A stretch of DNA of 64,000 bases from an uncultured Candidatus Saccharibacteria bacterium (GCA_964585065.1 CAZPCB010000002.1:68886-132885), one strand, 5' to 3'; positions 47,056 through 57,561 are shown, counted from the first letter of the stretch. Notes: generated by a model from the letters alone, not told the origin. A program made the numbers and translations.

Positions 47056-48477
47056 TTATTTTCTAGGATCAATGATAAATCGCTTTAGAGAGTTTTCCCC
47101 AAGAATTATAGGGTATTTGAGCCCAGTACGAGTAATAATATTAGCTTTTGTTTCAAATATTTCATCACCTACTTGAATTTTAATATAAATAATAGGTCTA
47201 TAGGAATATCCATGACTACTATGAACCTTTGAAACTCCAACTATGTCAGGATGCTCTTCAATTTTTTGCCATATTTTATCTTTGGATAAAGTATTTATCT
47301 CGTCTAAAGTAAGTACAGGTTTAATATGAAATGTTTGCATATATGTTAATACATCCTTATATCCCAAGGCAATAGCTAGGCTCTCATCAATAGATGTTTT
47401 TCCCGCACCAGTATCAATTTTTGCTTGTACTTTTTGCTGCTGATCATCTTTTCCAAATAAGGTAATTTCCTCAATAAGCCCAATCACTTGTCGTCCAGTA
47501 ATTTCCTCAATTTCTTCTTCAATTTCTCCTCCGAACAAATCTTTTGCCAGTCTAATAGCTCTTTTTACTGTTTTTACTTTAAGACCTTTTACTTTTTGTA
47601 ATCTTTCTTTGAGTGGTGCGAGATTAGCAATTTGAATAGCGAGTCCTGGACGGGCATTAGCCTCTAATACTACAGGTCCTGCATCACGGTCAATGGCAAT
47701 ATCTACTCCCGTAAACCCTAATTTAGTGACATCAGCAGTACGAATCGCAATATCCAATATAGTATTCCAATACGGTATACGTATACCAGACAGACTAGTT
47801 TCTGTTCCTGGTATGGTATCGATAAATTTTTCTCGCATAATAGCATTGGTAGTAACTCCTGTTGCCATATCAATACCGATACCAATTCCGCCTAGATGAA
47901 GATTGGCTTTACCATCAGATTCCTTGGTAGGAATTCGTATCATTGCCATTACAGGAATACGATTGAATACAATCACGCGAATATCAGGAATTCCTTTATA
48001 GGCTAAGTGTTTGAATGATTTATTAATCTTAATTCTCTCCTCAAAGAAGGCCACATCGGGGCTATTGGTACGAGAATACGTACCATCAAGAATATTACTA
48101 ATATGATTATGTATCATGGTCTCACTCAGTTTTACCCCCTTGGTTTTCACCCATTGACGCTCTCCATCGCCGGTTCTTTTTTTGTCCTCTCCAAATATTA
48201 CCACAATTCCTTCCCCTCCAAATCCAGCAGTTGGTTTTAATACAAAACTTTTGGGAAGTTTATTATAATCAAAATTATTGAGTTTATCATATGATTGAAC
48301 AGTTGCTATGAGTTTTGGGGTAGGAATATTATTTTTTTGTAATTCTTTTTTGAATTTAATTTTATTATCTACTAATTTAACCCATTTGCTATAATTGTAT
48401 GGTTTAATATAAGAAAGATTGCGGGCATTCATCCCGAGTATTTTTTGACTAAATACAAATGATTCTAGCCAATTCAT
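47056..48477 (-). CDS. alpha-L-glutamate ligase-like ATP-grasp fused to a retropepsin-like (RimB/PF05618-type) protease
   Basis: ILGMNARN, FVLKP..G.GG.GI, PDIRVIV, KANLHLGG, LEANARPGL.IQIAN; C-terminal AKIDTGA..TSID ... YPIILG. Confidence 0.88.
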   Translation of the reverse strand: MNWLESFVFSQKILGMNARNLSYIKPYNYSKWVKLVDNKIKFKKELQKNNIPTPKLIATVQSYDKLNNFDYNKLPKSFVLKPTAGFGGEGIVVIFGEDKKRTGDGERQWVKTKGVKLSETMIHNHISNILDGTYSRTNSPDVAFFEERIKINKSFKHLAYKGIPDIRVIVFNRIPVMAMIRIPTKESDGKANLHLGGIGIGIDMATGVTTNAIMREKFIDTIPGTETSLSGIRIPYWNTILDIAIRTADVTKLGFTGVDIAIDRDAGPVVLEANARPGLAIQIANLAPLKERLQKVKGLKVKTVKRAIRLAKDLFGGEIEEEIEEITGRQVIGLIEEITLFGKDDQQQKVQAKIDTGAGKTSIDESLAIALGYKDVLTYMQTFHIKPVLTLDEINTLSKDKIWQKIEEHPDIVGVSKVHSSHGYSYRPIIYIKIQVGDEIFETKANIITRTGLKYPIILGENSLKRFIIDPRK

Positions 48478-48480
48478 AGC

Positions 48481-49122
48481 CTATTGATTGCTAATAATTT
48501 TACGGAATCGGATATATTCAGAAATTCGGAGCCCCTCATAGCGTCCAAGGAATATAATTCCTGCAAATATAATCAAAATAATCCAAGGATTATAGAATAC
48601 TAAATCTCTTAAACTTGTAGTTGCTATGATAAGATTTCCAATAGCAGCAAGAATTAATGTCTCTACTGAGAGGATAACAGCAGTACGATACCCTTTTTCC
48701 ATTTGAGCATTGATGAATTTTTCTACCAAGGTGATAATAATCAAAATCTGATAAATCGAAGCCTGTACAAATACCGTGCTATCAGAGAATATTCCCCATA
48801 CTAGGCTCAAAAACATAGATAAGGCAGTAATAGAAAGTATCAAAGCCATTTTGGGTAAATACAAAATACGAATTTTGCGGAGTAAATATCTGACAATAGA
48901 AGCAATTACGAGAGATACAATAAAAATACTCACTCCATATTTGAAGCCAATTTGTGTTAAAGCAAAGGTGATAATAAGCGGTGTATAAATACCAAAAGCC
49001 TTAATCCCTACAATTTGTCGGGCTGCTACGATAAATCCTGCCATAATCGGAAACATCAAAAGAATGTCGATGGTTTCACGTGGCACACCATTATCCATAA
49101 GATATTGGAAGAAGATATCCAT
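48481..49122 (-). CDS. 7TM_transglut-type (CapC/PgsC-like) membrane protein
   Basis: LLMFP......RQIVGIKAFGIYTP; C-terminal LGRYEGLRISEYIRF. Confidence 0.85.
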   Translation of the reverse strand: MDIFFQYLMDNGVPRETIDILLMFPIMAGFIVAARQIVGIKAFGIYTPLIITFALTQIGFKYGVSIFIVSLVIASIVRYLLRKIRILYLPKMALILSITALSMFLSLVWGIFSDSTVFVQASIYQILIIITLVEKFINAQMEKGYRTAVILSVETLILAAIGNLIIATTSLRDLVFYNPWIILIIFAGIIFLGRYEGLRISEYIRFRKIISNQ

Positions 49123-49207
49123 ACGTCAATATAACTTAACTAATTGAGATAATTGCATTACTTTGCTATAGTATAACATAAGAATACATTTTGACTAGTA
49201 GTAAATT

Positions 49208-50587
49208 ATGGACAGAACAGTATATGATAATTCCAGTTCACATAAAGGAAAATTCCAAACAAAACCAGGATTGAGAATTGAGGTGGTTGAAGAGATTTCT
49301 CGTCAAAAAAATGAACCTAATTGGATGTTGGAAAAAAGGCTCAAAGCCTTTGAATTATATCAACAAACGGAACTCCCGAATTGGGGGCCTAATTTGGAGG
49401 GATTAGATTTAGAGCAAATTATTTATTTTAGTAGACCAGATACAGAAGAGGCTAAGACTTGGGATGATGTTCCACAGGATATACGAGATACTTTTGATAA
49501 ACTTGGTATTCCAGAAGCTGAAAAACAGGCTCTAGGAGGGGTGGGAGCTCAATATGACTCAGATATGATATATCATAATCTCAAGCAAGATTTAAAGGAT
49601 AAGGGAGTTATATTCGAGAATATGGATACTGCCCTGCAAGAATATCCCGATTTGGTCAAAAAATATTTTATGACTCAATGTATTCCTATCAATGATCATA
49701 AATTTATTATGTTACATGCAGCGGTATGGAGTGGGGGGACATTTATCTATGTGCCAAAAGGGGTAAAAGTAGAATTACCTCTACAAGCTTATTTCCGTAT
49801 GAATATGGAGGCTGGAGGGCAATTTGAACATACGCTTATTATTGCGGATGAGGGCTCAGAGCTTACTTATATTGAGGGGTGTTCTGCTCCTCGATGGAAT
49901 GCGTCTGCCCTACATGCAGGGGGAGTAGAAATATTTGTACATAAAGGAGCTACGGTTAAATATATTAGTATAGAGAATTGGAGTAAAAATACCTATAATC
50001 TCAATACCAAAAGAGCTCTCGTGGATGCTCATGGTACTATTGAATGGCTTAATGGGAATATGGGAAGTGGTGTAACGATGTTATATCCTTGTAGTATCTT
50101 GAGAGGAGAATATGCTCGCTCAGATAGCCTCGGAATTGCCTTTGCAGGAGAAGGACAAGAGCAAGATACAGGCTCAAAGGTAATACATGCAGCACCTTAT
50201 ACCAAATCCACTATTAGTGCTAAAAGTATTAGTCAAGATAATGGAATTTCATCCTATCGCGGTTTGGTGAGAATTACTCCTAATGCTAGTCACAGCGAGT
50301 CTCATATTGTTTGTGATGCTCTCCTGATGAATGATGGAGCCAAATCCGATACCTATCCCGTGATGAAAATCGAAACGGCAGATGCTCAAATTGGTCATGA
50401 AGCTCGAGTTGGACGAGTAGGGGATGAAGAGATATTTTATTTGATGAGTCGAGGAATGACTGAAGCCGAGGCTCGCAAAATGATAGTCAATGGTTTTATA
50501 GAGCCAGTAGTCAAGGCGCTACCTCTAGAATATGCAATTGAGCTCAATCGCCTGATTGAACTTGAAATTATAGATTCAGCAATATAA
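49208..50587 (+). CDS. sufB: Fe-S cluster assembly scaffold SufB
   Basis: LGIPEAE, AVWSGG.FIYVP, GQFEHTLI, YIEGCSAP, YLMSRG, LPLEYA. Confidence 0.96.
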   Translation: MDRTVYDNSSSHKGKFQTKPGLRIEVVEEISRQKNEPNWMLEKRLKAFELYQQTELPNWGPNLEGLDLEQIIYFSRPDTEEAKTWDDVPQDIRDTFDKLGIPEAEKQALGGVGAQYDSDMIYHNLKQDLKDKGVIFENMDTALQEYPDLVKKYFMTQCIPINDHKFIMLHAAVWSGGTFIYVPKGVKVELPLQAYFRMNMEAGGQFEHTLIIADEGSELTYIEGCSAPRWNASALHAGGVEIFVHKGATVKYISIENWSKNTYNLNTKRALVDAHGTIEWLNGNMGSGVTMLYPCSILRGEYARSDSLGIAFAGEGQEQDTGSKVIHAAPYTKSTISAKSISQDNGISSYRGLVRITPNASHSESHIVCDALLMNDGAKSDTYPVMKIETADAQIGHEARVGRVGDEEIFYLMSRGMTEAEARKMIVNGFIEPVVKALPLEYAIELNRLIELEIIDSAI

Positions 50588-50588
50588 T

Positions 50589-51242
50589 ATGGCAATTTTT
50601 ACTACACAGCAATCAACAGGACAATATATTGTTATTAAATCTCGTAATAATGAAGAATTGTCTCTGAGTACACTTGCCTCAGAGACTATTATTCATATTG
50701 GGGAGCAGTCTTGTCTCAATATTATAATCCCAGAGGGAGATTATAATCATAATATTCATATTATTGCGATAAAAGGGAGTCAAGTATCGATTAGAGAAAA
50801 AGAATCTTGGTCGGGTAATATAAACTGGAATATTGAGCTTATAGAGCCTTATGCTAATATAGATTATATATCACGAGTAAAAAGTAATAGAGAATCGAAT
50901 AATATTATCACTATTGCTCATCAGGCTCCCTATACCAAATCCAAAGTAGATTCCCGATATATTGTAGAGACTTCTCATCCATTAAAACAACATACTATTA
51001 TCACTATCCCTGCGACCATATCCCACTGTGAGGCTATACAATCAGCAGAGATAATACTATTAACCGAAAGACCTAAACTTGAAATTATCCCCGAACTCAG
51101 AGTCGCTACAGATAATAGTAATGCGAGTCACGGAGTATCTATACATCCAATTCAAGAGGCAGATATATTTTATTTGATGACGAGAGGTCTCACGAGAGAA
51201 CAGGCTCAAAATAGTATTATAGAGGGTTTTTTGGAGGGTTAA
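50589..51242 (+). CDS. sufD: SufD-like protein (short)
   Basis: PELRV..D...ASHG, FYLMTRGL...A...I.EGF; adjacent to sufB. Confidence 0.78.
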   Translation: MAIFTTQQSTGQYIVIKSRNNEELSLSTLASETIIHIGEQSCLNIIIPEGDYNHNIHIIAIKGSQVSIREKESWSGNINWNIELIEPYANIDYISRVKSNRESNNIITIAHQAPYTKSKVDSRYIVETSHPLKQHTIITIPATISHCEAIQSAEIILLTERPKLEIIPELRVATDNSNASHGVSIHPIQEADIFYLMTRGLTREQAQNSIIEGFLEG

Positions 51243-51277
51243 TATATAGAAAAAAAGCCTCAATCTTAGAAGGGGGC

Positions 51278-51586
51278 TTATTGGCGAAGGCCATAATTGA
51301 GAGGTGGAAATCCTCTCTCAGAATGATTAGCCTCTACAATGTAGAGAACTGGATTTGAGCTATTTGTCTCAAGAGGCCAAAGACCAATATAGCAACTACC
51401 ATCACCTTGTATCAGGTTATCTCCAGATCGAGAAAAAGTCTGAATTGGAGATGCCAATGGATTCGCAATGATATGTAAATGAGGGGGTAGATGTTTGTTG
51501 GTGAATTGTTGTGTATATAGCTGAGCTTCTTTGAGAAGCTCTAACCATTCAGGATAAATTTTGAAATCCACATAAATGGGATTCAT
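51278..51586 (-). CDS. orphan protein (102 aa) inside the suf cluster
   Basis: TTGACA (51641-51636)...GATAAT promoter; terminator aagcc...ggcttttttt at the stop. Confidence 0.55.
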   Translation of the reverse strand: MNPIYVDFKIYPEWLELLKEAQLYTQQFTNKHLPPHLHIIANPLASPIQTFSRSGDNLIQGDGSCYIGLWPLETNSSNPVLYIVEANHSERGFPPLNYGLRQ

Positions 51587-51687
51587 TTGAATGAAGCAAC
51601 TTTGCTTGATTAAATTATCATAATAAACCCTATATTGTCAATCATATACTATACCCTTATTGAGCGATATCTTGTATACTAGAGTAT

Positions 51688-52890
51688 ATGAAGTCAATTG
51701 ACAATATTAGATTAGAGTTTGCACCATTGAATCAGGATATTATGTATCTTGATTCAGGTGCATCCGCGCTTACACCTAATGTGGTTTTGGATGCGATGAA
51801 TACGTATTACAGGGAATATCGCTCTAATATTCATAGAGGATTATATGAGTTATCACAGAGGGCAACTACAGAATATGAGGCGTCTCGCGAGACAATAGCT
51901 CAATTTATTGGGGCTAATCGACCTGAAGAAGTGATTTTTACGCGAGGCACTACAGATGGAATCAATATGCTCTCAGAATTATTGCAGGATAGATTTGAGG
52001 AGGGGCAAAATATTATTATTCCCGTGACTGAGCATCATAGTAATATGCTCCCTTGGCGAGAATTAGCTCGAAGGCAGCAATTAGAAATACGATATATTGG
52101 ACTTAAGGGAGGGATTTTAGATGAGGCAGCATTATTAGCCGCTATTGATGAGAATACCTCTGTGGTCGCAATAGGACATATATCCAATGTATTAGGGACT
52201 ATTCATAATGTGAAAAAAATCTCAGATAAAGCTCATAAAATGGGGGCTTTATGTATTGTGGATGGAGCTCAGGCTGTATCTCATATACCAATTTCTGTAT
52301 CGGAATTAGGGGTGGATGCTTATGCTTTTTCGGGACACAAATTATATGGCCCTACAGGTATAGGCGTATTGTGGGTGAATTATGAATTATTACAATCTCT
52401 CAAGCCTCGACGCATGGGGGGGGATATGGTGGATTATGTAACTTTGGAACAATTAGAATATGCTCCTATTCCTCAGAGATTTGAGGCGGGAACTCCACCG
52501 ATTGCGGAGGTAATTGGATTTGCCCGAGCCATACAATGGATTTCTGATATTGGTTGGGAGCAAGTTCAAAATCATGAGGGTAAATTAATTCAATATATGT
52601 GGCAGCAAAGTCTCTCTCGTCCATGGATACAATTATTAGGGGGAGACAAATCTATTCCTCGTATTGGATGCTTTGCTTTTACTATTGAGGGAATACATAC
52701 TCATGATATTGCTTATTTGCTCGCGAAAAAAAATATTTGTGTGAGGGCAGGACAGCATTGTGCTAGTGGTATTGCTGAAAAACTTGGTATAGCGGGTAGT
52801 ATACGAGTAACATTTGGTATATATAATACTGTAGAAGAAATTGATATCTTAATGGGTGAATTAGATACTATTTATCACAAATTTCAATAA
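51688..52890 (+). CDS. sufS: cysteine desulfurase SufS
   Basis: YLDSGAS, EHHSN, DGAQ, FSGHKLYGPTG, RFEAGTP, VRAGQHCA. Confidence 0.95.
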   Translation: MKSIDNIRLEFAPLNQDIMYLDSGASALTPNVVLDAMNTYYREYRSNIHRGLYELSQRATTEYEASRETIAQFIGANRPEEVIFTRGTTDGINMLSELLQDRFEEGQNIIIPVTEHHSNMLPWRELARRQQLEIRYIGLKGGILDEAALLAAIDENTSVVAIGHISNVLGTIHNVKKISDKAHKMGALCIVDGAQAVSHIPISVSELGVDAYAFSGHKLYGPTGIGVLWVNYELLQSLKPRRMGGDMVDYVTLEQLEYAPIPQRFEAGTPPIAEVIGFARAIQWISDIGWEQVQNHEGKLIQYMWQQSLSRPWIQLLGGDKSIPRIGCFAFTIEGIHTHDIAYLLAKKNICVRAGQHCASGIAEKLGIAGSIRVTFGIYNTVEEIDILMGELDTIYHKFQ

Positions 52891-52892
52891 TT

Positions 52893-53252
52893 ATGGATGA
52901 TATATATAGAGAATATATACTTGATTTATATCGTAACCCCCTCAATAAAGGAAAATTAAATCATTATACTCATCAAAAACAGGGTTTTAATCCTAATTGT
53001 GGGGATGATATTTGGGTATATCTGGATATTCAGGATGAAAGAGTAAAAGAGGCAAGTTTTGATGGGTCTGGCTGCGCTCTATGTATTGCAGGGGCATCTA
53101 TTATAACGGAGAAATTAAGAGGATTATCTATTACTGAAATATCTACTATTTCGGCCGAGCAATTATATCAATGGCTTGGTATTAATATGGAAAATACCCG
53201 CATAAAATGCGTGACTTTGGCTTTACGCACCGCTCAAGAGATGATAGTATAA
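52893..53252 (+). CDS. sufU: SufU/NifU-like protein
   Basis: NPNCGD, FDGSGCA, RIKC. Confidence 0.9.
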   Translation: MDDIYREYILDLYRNPLNKGKLNHYTHQKQGFNPNCGDDIWVYLDIQDERVKEASFDGSGCALCIAGASIITEKLRGLSITEISTISAEQLYQWLGINMENTRIKCVTLALRTAQEMIV

Positions 53253-53287
53253 AGAATAATTAATAAGTCAATTAGGCAATATAGCTT

Positions 53288-54001
53288 ATGCTAAAATTAG
53301 AACATATAATCATCAAAAAAGATGAGAAAAGTATTATCAAGGATATATCAATTGATATAGAGGAGGGAAATATTCATTATCTCATGGGACCAAATGGAAG
53401 TGGTAAAAGTACTCTGGCTTTAGCTATTGCAGGATATCCAGAATATAATATTGAAGGAAATATATTTTTTAAAAATGAGAATATTATAGAGTTGTCGCCA
53501 GATAAAAGAGCTAAATTAGGACTATTCTTATCTATGCAATATCCTCCAGCCATAAAAGGGGTAAGTATTTTAAGCCTTATCAAAAATGCCTATCAAGCTA
53601 TCAATGGACCAGTAAATGTATTAGAATTCCGTACCCGAGTGGTTGAGGAGGTGAAGAGACTTGGGTTGGATGAATCAATTCTTTCTCGAGGAGTGAATGA
53701 AGGGTTTTCTGGTGGAGAGCGAAAACGATTAGAATTATTACAACTAATTATCTTGAAGCCCAAATTAGCAATATTAGATGAGCCAGATTCAGGGCTTGAT
53801 ATTGATGCCTTAAAATTAATGTCATCAGAGCTCAAACAGCTGAATCAAAATGGTATGACTTTTATTATTATTACTCATCAAGGACAATTAGAACTTATAC
53901 CTAATAAAGTGACAGTAATCAAAAATGGTATTGTGGTAGAAAAGGGTGATATTCAAGTTTTATCTCGGATTCAAGCACAAGGATATAATGCATATATATG
54001 A
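53288..54001 (+). CDS. sufC: Fe-S assembly ATPase SufC
   Basis: MGPNGSGKSTL, VNEGFSGGERKR, LDEPDSGLDID. Confidence 0.95.
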   Translation: MLKLEHIIIKKDEKSIIKDISIDIEEGNIHYLMGPNGSGKSTLALAIAGYPEYNIEGNIFFKNENIIELSPDKRAKLGLFLSMQYPPAIKGVSILSLIKNAYQAINGPVNVLEFRTRVVEEVKRLGLDESILSRGVNEGFSGGERKRLELLQLIILKPKLAILDEPDSGLDIDALKLMSSELKQLNQNGMTFIIITHQGQLELIPNKVTVIKNGIVVEKGDIQVLSRIQAQGYNAYI

Positions 54002-54285
54002 TTACAAAAGCAGATATTATATCAGTATGTAAGACAATTCAAGATCCAGAAATTAATATAGATATTTATACTATTGGCCTAATTTATGATATTACCATTA
54101 GCGAGCAGGATGATATTATTATTTTGATGACATATACTACGCCACTTTGTCCATTTGGGGGGCGTATACAAAAAGAATTAAAAGTAGCTCTTGCTATTCT
54201 TAAACCCCATTCTATTACTATTAATGTAACTTTTACTCCTCCTTGGAAAGTAAGTGACGAATTAAGAGAGGCTCTAGGAATATAG
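53998..54285 (+). CDS. DUF59/SufT metal-sulfur cluster protein
   Basis: DPEI.IDI..IGLIY, TTPLCP, FTPPW. Confidence 0.9.
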   Translation: MITKADIISVCKTIQDPEINIDIYTIGLIYDITISEQDDIIILMTYTTPLCPFGGRIQKELKVALAILKPHSITINVTFTPPWKVSDELREALGI

Positions 54286-54348
54286 GTTTGTTTGAAAAAA
54301 ACTGTATTCAGTGTTATAATATTTTTATAATTCAAAACTAAAACCAAT

Positions 54349-56178
54349 ATGGTAAAACAGTTAAATAAAAACCCAAAGCTGTTTATATTGCTTGCATCGT
54401 TCGTCGCCATAGGTTTGATATCATTTGCGGGTACCTTTAATGTTGTGCATGGGAGGCAACAACAGCAACAACAGCAGCAGCAAACATCTAAATGTAATAA
54501 GTGTGGCCAATGTACAAATTGTTTGGCTTCAATCCAAAACAACTGGAGTAGGTTCCTTTGCGTGATTTTTCCACAATTCTGCTCGAGTTTAACTACATGT
54601 ACAGCTCCTGCTGTACAGCCATCCCAACCTTTTGTATGTACAGATGTACCAGTTTCTTACGTAGAAAGACTTTCACAATATAATATTAATGGTCTAGATG
54701 CTTCAATTTCAAGTAATGGTAAATATACAGTAAAGGGTATGACTACACATGGATCTTATAGCTGTGATACTATATTAAAAGCTATACTTGATTATAACAC
54801 TCCTCCTCCGACTAGTACATTTTCCGGGTACCAGTCTCTCTGGAACCGCCCTGTTCAACCTTCTACTCCTAAGTATAATGTTTGTGCCTATCCGAGTAGT
54901 GTCAGTGAACAGCGTCTAGAAAGAGTAAATTGGTCCTTTAATAATATGACAGCTGTCAAAGATTGTGGTAATGTAAAAGGAGTATATGCAGAATGCAATA
55001 ATGGAGCTGTTAATTTTGGTGCTTATCCAGGTTTTACAACAATAGGTGCAATTGCTAGTCCTTATCAAGCATTTACAGATCATAGCACTATAGTACAAAA
55101 TGCAGCCCCTAATCAATATAGATGGGGTGGTTTGTATCAGTATGGTATAAGCTCTGACAATGCAAAGCCAGGACCATATTCTTTTTACAGCACATCTTAT
55201 AATTATGAAACATTAAAATTAGCATTTAACTATGAAATGGTATACAGTAGTCTGCAACAAGCTGGTCCCTGTTGGTCTCCATTTCCATCTTTCAGAGAAT
55301 GCCATAGAGTACATTACTTTACCTATACTCCAAGAGTGCAACAGCCCAATATTACTCTAAACTCATATCTAATTAAGCATAGAGATAGACCAAGTCAACT
55401 GATTTATCGAAATAGTCCAATTAGAAAATCTTGGCAAATAGAGAATGCTAATTCTGGAAGTTGTAATATAGAAACGAAAAATTCTTCGGGAGAAGTTATA
55501 CCATTTCTTTCTAAAAGCGGATTGAATATTGACTTTAAACAAGGTAAGCAAATTGTAGACTTCTTACCTATTAATGGTGCAACAGGACAATATCTTGAAA
55601 AGGTAGATCAGAATGCAGATTATACAATTGGATATGATCCAAATAGAATACAGCCCGGTGTTTATAAGAGTATATTAACATGTAGTCTTAGTATAAACTG
55701 CTCATCAGGTTCGGGTACAGATGATTGTAAGAGAATCTCTCCAGGTAATCCTTATAGTAGCCCAATATCAGTTTCTGTTGATCAAGACTTTACAATATCT
55801 CCAGATCAAATAGTTACTTTGGCAGCGTCAGCTAAGCCAACTATCGTTTATAATAAATTTAGAAAAACTAAAATACTAGCTAATACAAAAGGTGCAAACG
55901 TGAATGATAAGCATAAGTATACACTTACAAAAATCCCTATAGGGTATAAGTTGACTTCATCTGCGACAATAGATAAGGTGGCTGATGCCTCAGGTACTAC
56001 TAACGCCTTCTGGGATGTTGAATTAGTTGTTAATCCCCAAACAAATGGAAGTGATGCAATAATAGGTGCATCAGAATTTGTTGTAGAAATGACTGATGAG
56101 CCATATGATAATCTTTATACGGCTAAAGCAAAAGTAACTTATCTTGGCAATAGAGATGTAAGAGAAGTTGCTAAATAA
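54349..56178 (+). CDS. secreted Cys-rich orphan protein with a poly-Q tract
   Basis: Signal-like helix, Q9, CNKCGQCTNC, many scattered Cys. Confidence 0.8.
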   Translation: MVKQLNKNPKLFILLASFVAIGLISFAGTFNVVHGRQQQQQQQQQTSKCNKCGQCTNCLASIQNNWSRFLCVIFPQFCSSLTTCTAPAVQPSQPFVCTDVPVSYVERLSQYNINGLDASISSNGKYTVKGMTTHGSYSCDTILKAILDYNTPPPTSTFSGYQSLWNRPVQPSTPKYNVCAYPSSVSEQRLERVNWSFNNMTAVKDCGNVKGVYAECNNGAVNFGAYPGFTTIGAIASPYQAFTDHSTIVQNAAPNQYRWGGLYQYGISSDNAKPGPYSFYSTSYNYETLKLAFNYEMVYSSLQQAGPCWSPFPSFRECHRVHYFTYTPRVQQPNITLNSYLIKHRDRPSQLIYRNSPIRKSWQIENANSGSCNIETKNSSGEVIPFLSKSGLNIDFKQGKQIVDFLPINGATGQYLEKVDQNADYTIGYDPNRIQPGVYKSILTCSLSINCSSGSGTDDCKRISPGNPYSSPISVSVDQDFTISPDQIVTLAASAKPTIVYNKFRKTKILANTKGANVNDKHKYTLTKIPIGYKLTSSATIDKVADASGTTNAFWDVELVVNPQTNGSDAIIGASEFVVEMTDEPYDNLYTAKAKVTYLGNRDVREVAK

Positions 56179-56214
56179 GCATAAAAGTTTTAAAAACACG
56201 ATAGAATTCATTTT

Positions 56215-56961
56215 ATGGTAAGCAGTAAAAATATTTTACTTATTTTCATACTATTACCCATATGTATATATTTAACTGCTACATCATATGGAATACTTCA
56301 AAAAGTACAGTTTTATCCAGAATGTCAGAATTACAGTTATGAGGAAAGAAAAAATTTCCTAAGTAAAACAACATATATTCATGGCACTATTACGGCTATA
56401 AAAGATGATAAAATAGATGTATATGTAAATTATAATCCTAGAAATAGATGGAAATGTTCACAGATGGAATCTCCATATAAAGACTATTTAGGAGCTACCA
56501 CAAAGATATATTCAGTTAACTTAAATCAGAATACCCCAATTTACTCAATGTATGAAGCTATTAGTACAAGTATTCCAAATGACCATACTCCTAGGCAAAA
56601 TCCTTCTCCTGAAGTCCAAATACCATCAGAAAATACATTTACTGGTTTAAGGTATAAAAAAGAAGATCTCACAATTGGATATAGAGTTGCAGTACTAGCA
56701 TCAAAACCAGTATTGAAAGAAAATTTATTTGATGCTGAATTGGTATTGATTTATCCAGAAAGAGATATTACATATTCTGCAATAATAACTATAATTATAG
56801 TTATTATTGCAGGTATAGGAAGCTATTACACAATAGAAGTTATTACTCATATACTTTATTATTTCACGAAAAATACCAATATACTTCTATTCTCTACAGT
56901 GATAAGACCAGTGGGAGCTATTGGGTTTTTTATATGGTATTTTTTATCACATTATACTTAA
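56215..56961 (+). CDS. hypothetical membrane protein
   Basis: One N-terminal and two C-terminal hydrophobic segments. Confidence 0.7.
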   Translation: MVSSKNILLIFILLPICIYLTATSYGILQKVQFYPECQNYSYEERKNFLSKTTYIHGTITAIKDDKIDVYVNYNPRNRWKCSQMESPYKDYLGATTKIYSVNLNQNTPIYSMYEAISTSIPNDHTPRQNPSPEVQIPSENTFTGLRYKKEDLTIGYRVAVLASKPVLKENLFDAELVLIYPERDITYSAIITIIIVIIAGIGSYYTIEVITHILYYFTKNTNILLFSTVIRPVGAIGFFIWYFLSHYT

Positions 56962-56964
56962 TTT

Positions 56965-57561
56965 ATGAGATTACTTCAAAATTTTGTAGAAAATATATAT
57001 AATTTTATACCATTCGATAGTCAGCTTCTGACGGGATATATTATAATGCAAATAATAATTTTCACAATTATTAATATGTTTATACTATTAATTCAAATAT
57101 TAATAGTAAGATCTAAAATAAAAGAAACATTATATATAACTATCCCAATTCTTTTAATTAATAAAATATTAATTTTACCTATTCTCAACGATATAGTATT
57201 TATAACCCATGTATCATTAATATATGTTATGGTGTTCATAACCATATCAACTTTATTAGATATAGAAAGCTTTAAACTATATACGAATGATTACAAAAAA
57301 TTATGTAAATTTTATCAAATCATATCTATAATTTTACAAATACTTATTATAATTATTTTTATAACTCAGCCAATACTAAATCTACAAACTATCATTGGAA
57401 TAACTATATATTCGATACCCTTGATAATTGATATTGTTAATTTTAAATCAAATTTTAAAAATACGTTTAGACTAAATATTTATAAATATATATACCAATA
57501 TATCACTATAACTATATTAATTTTATTATCAAAAATAATAGTCCCTATACATTTTATGTAA
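56965..57561 (+). CDS. very AT-rich multi-TM hypothetical protein
   Basis: 198-codon ORF, Ile-rich, 3 nt after the previous stop. Confidence 0.55.
   Translation: MRLLQNFVENIYNFIPFDSQLLTGYIIMQIIIFTIINMFILLIQILIVRSKIKETLYITIPILLINKILILPILNDIVFITHVSLIYVMVFITISTLLDIESFKLYTNDYKKLCKFYQIISIILQILIIIIFITQPILNLQTIIGITIYSIPLIIDIVNFKSNFKNTFRLNIYKYIYQYITITILILLSKIIVPIHFM

Noticed and set aside
54084-54542. Minus-strand ORF with a poly-Cys run
   Set aside because: It is the antisense shadow of the caa/cag poly-Q tract and of sufT.
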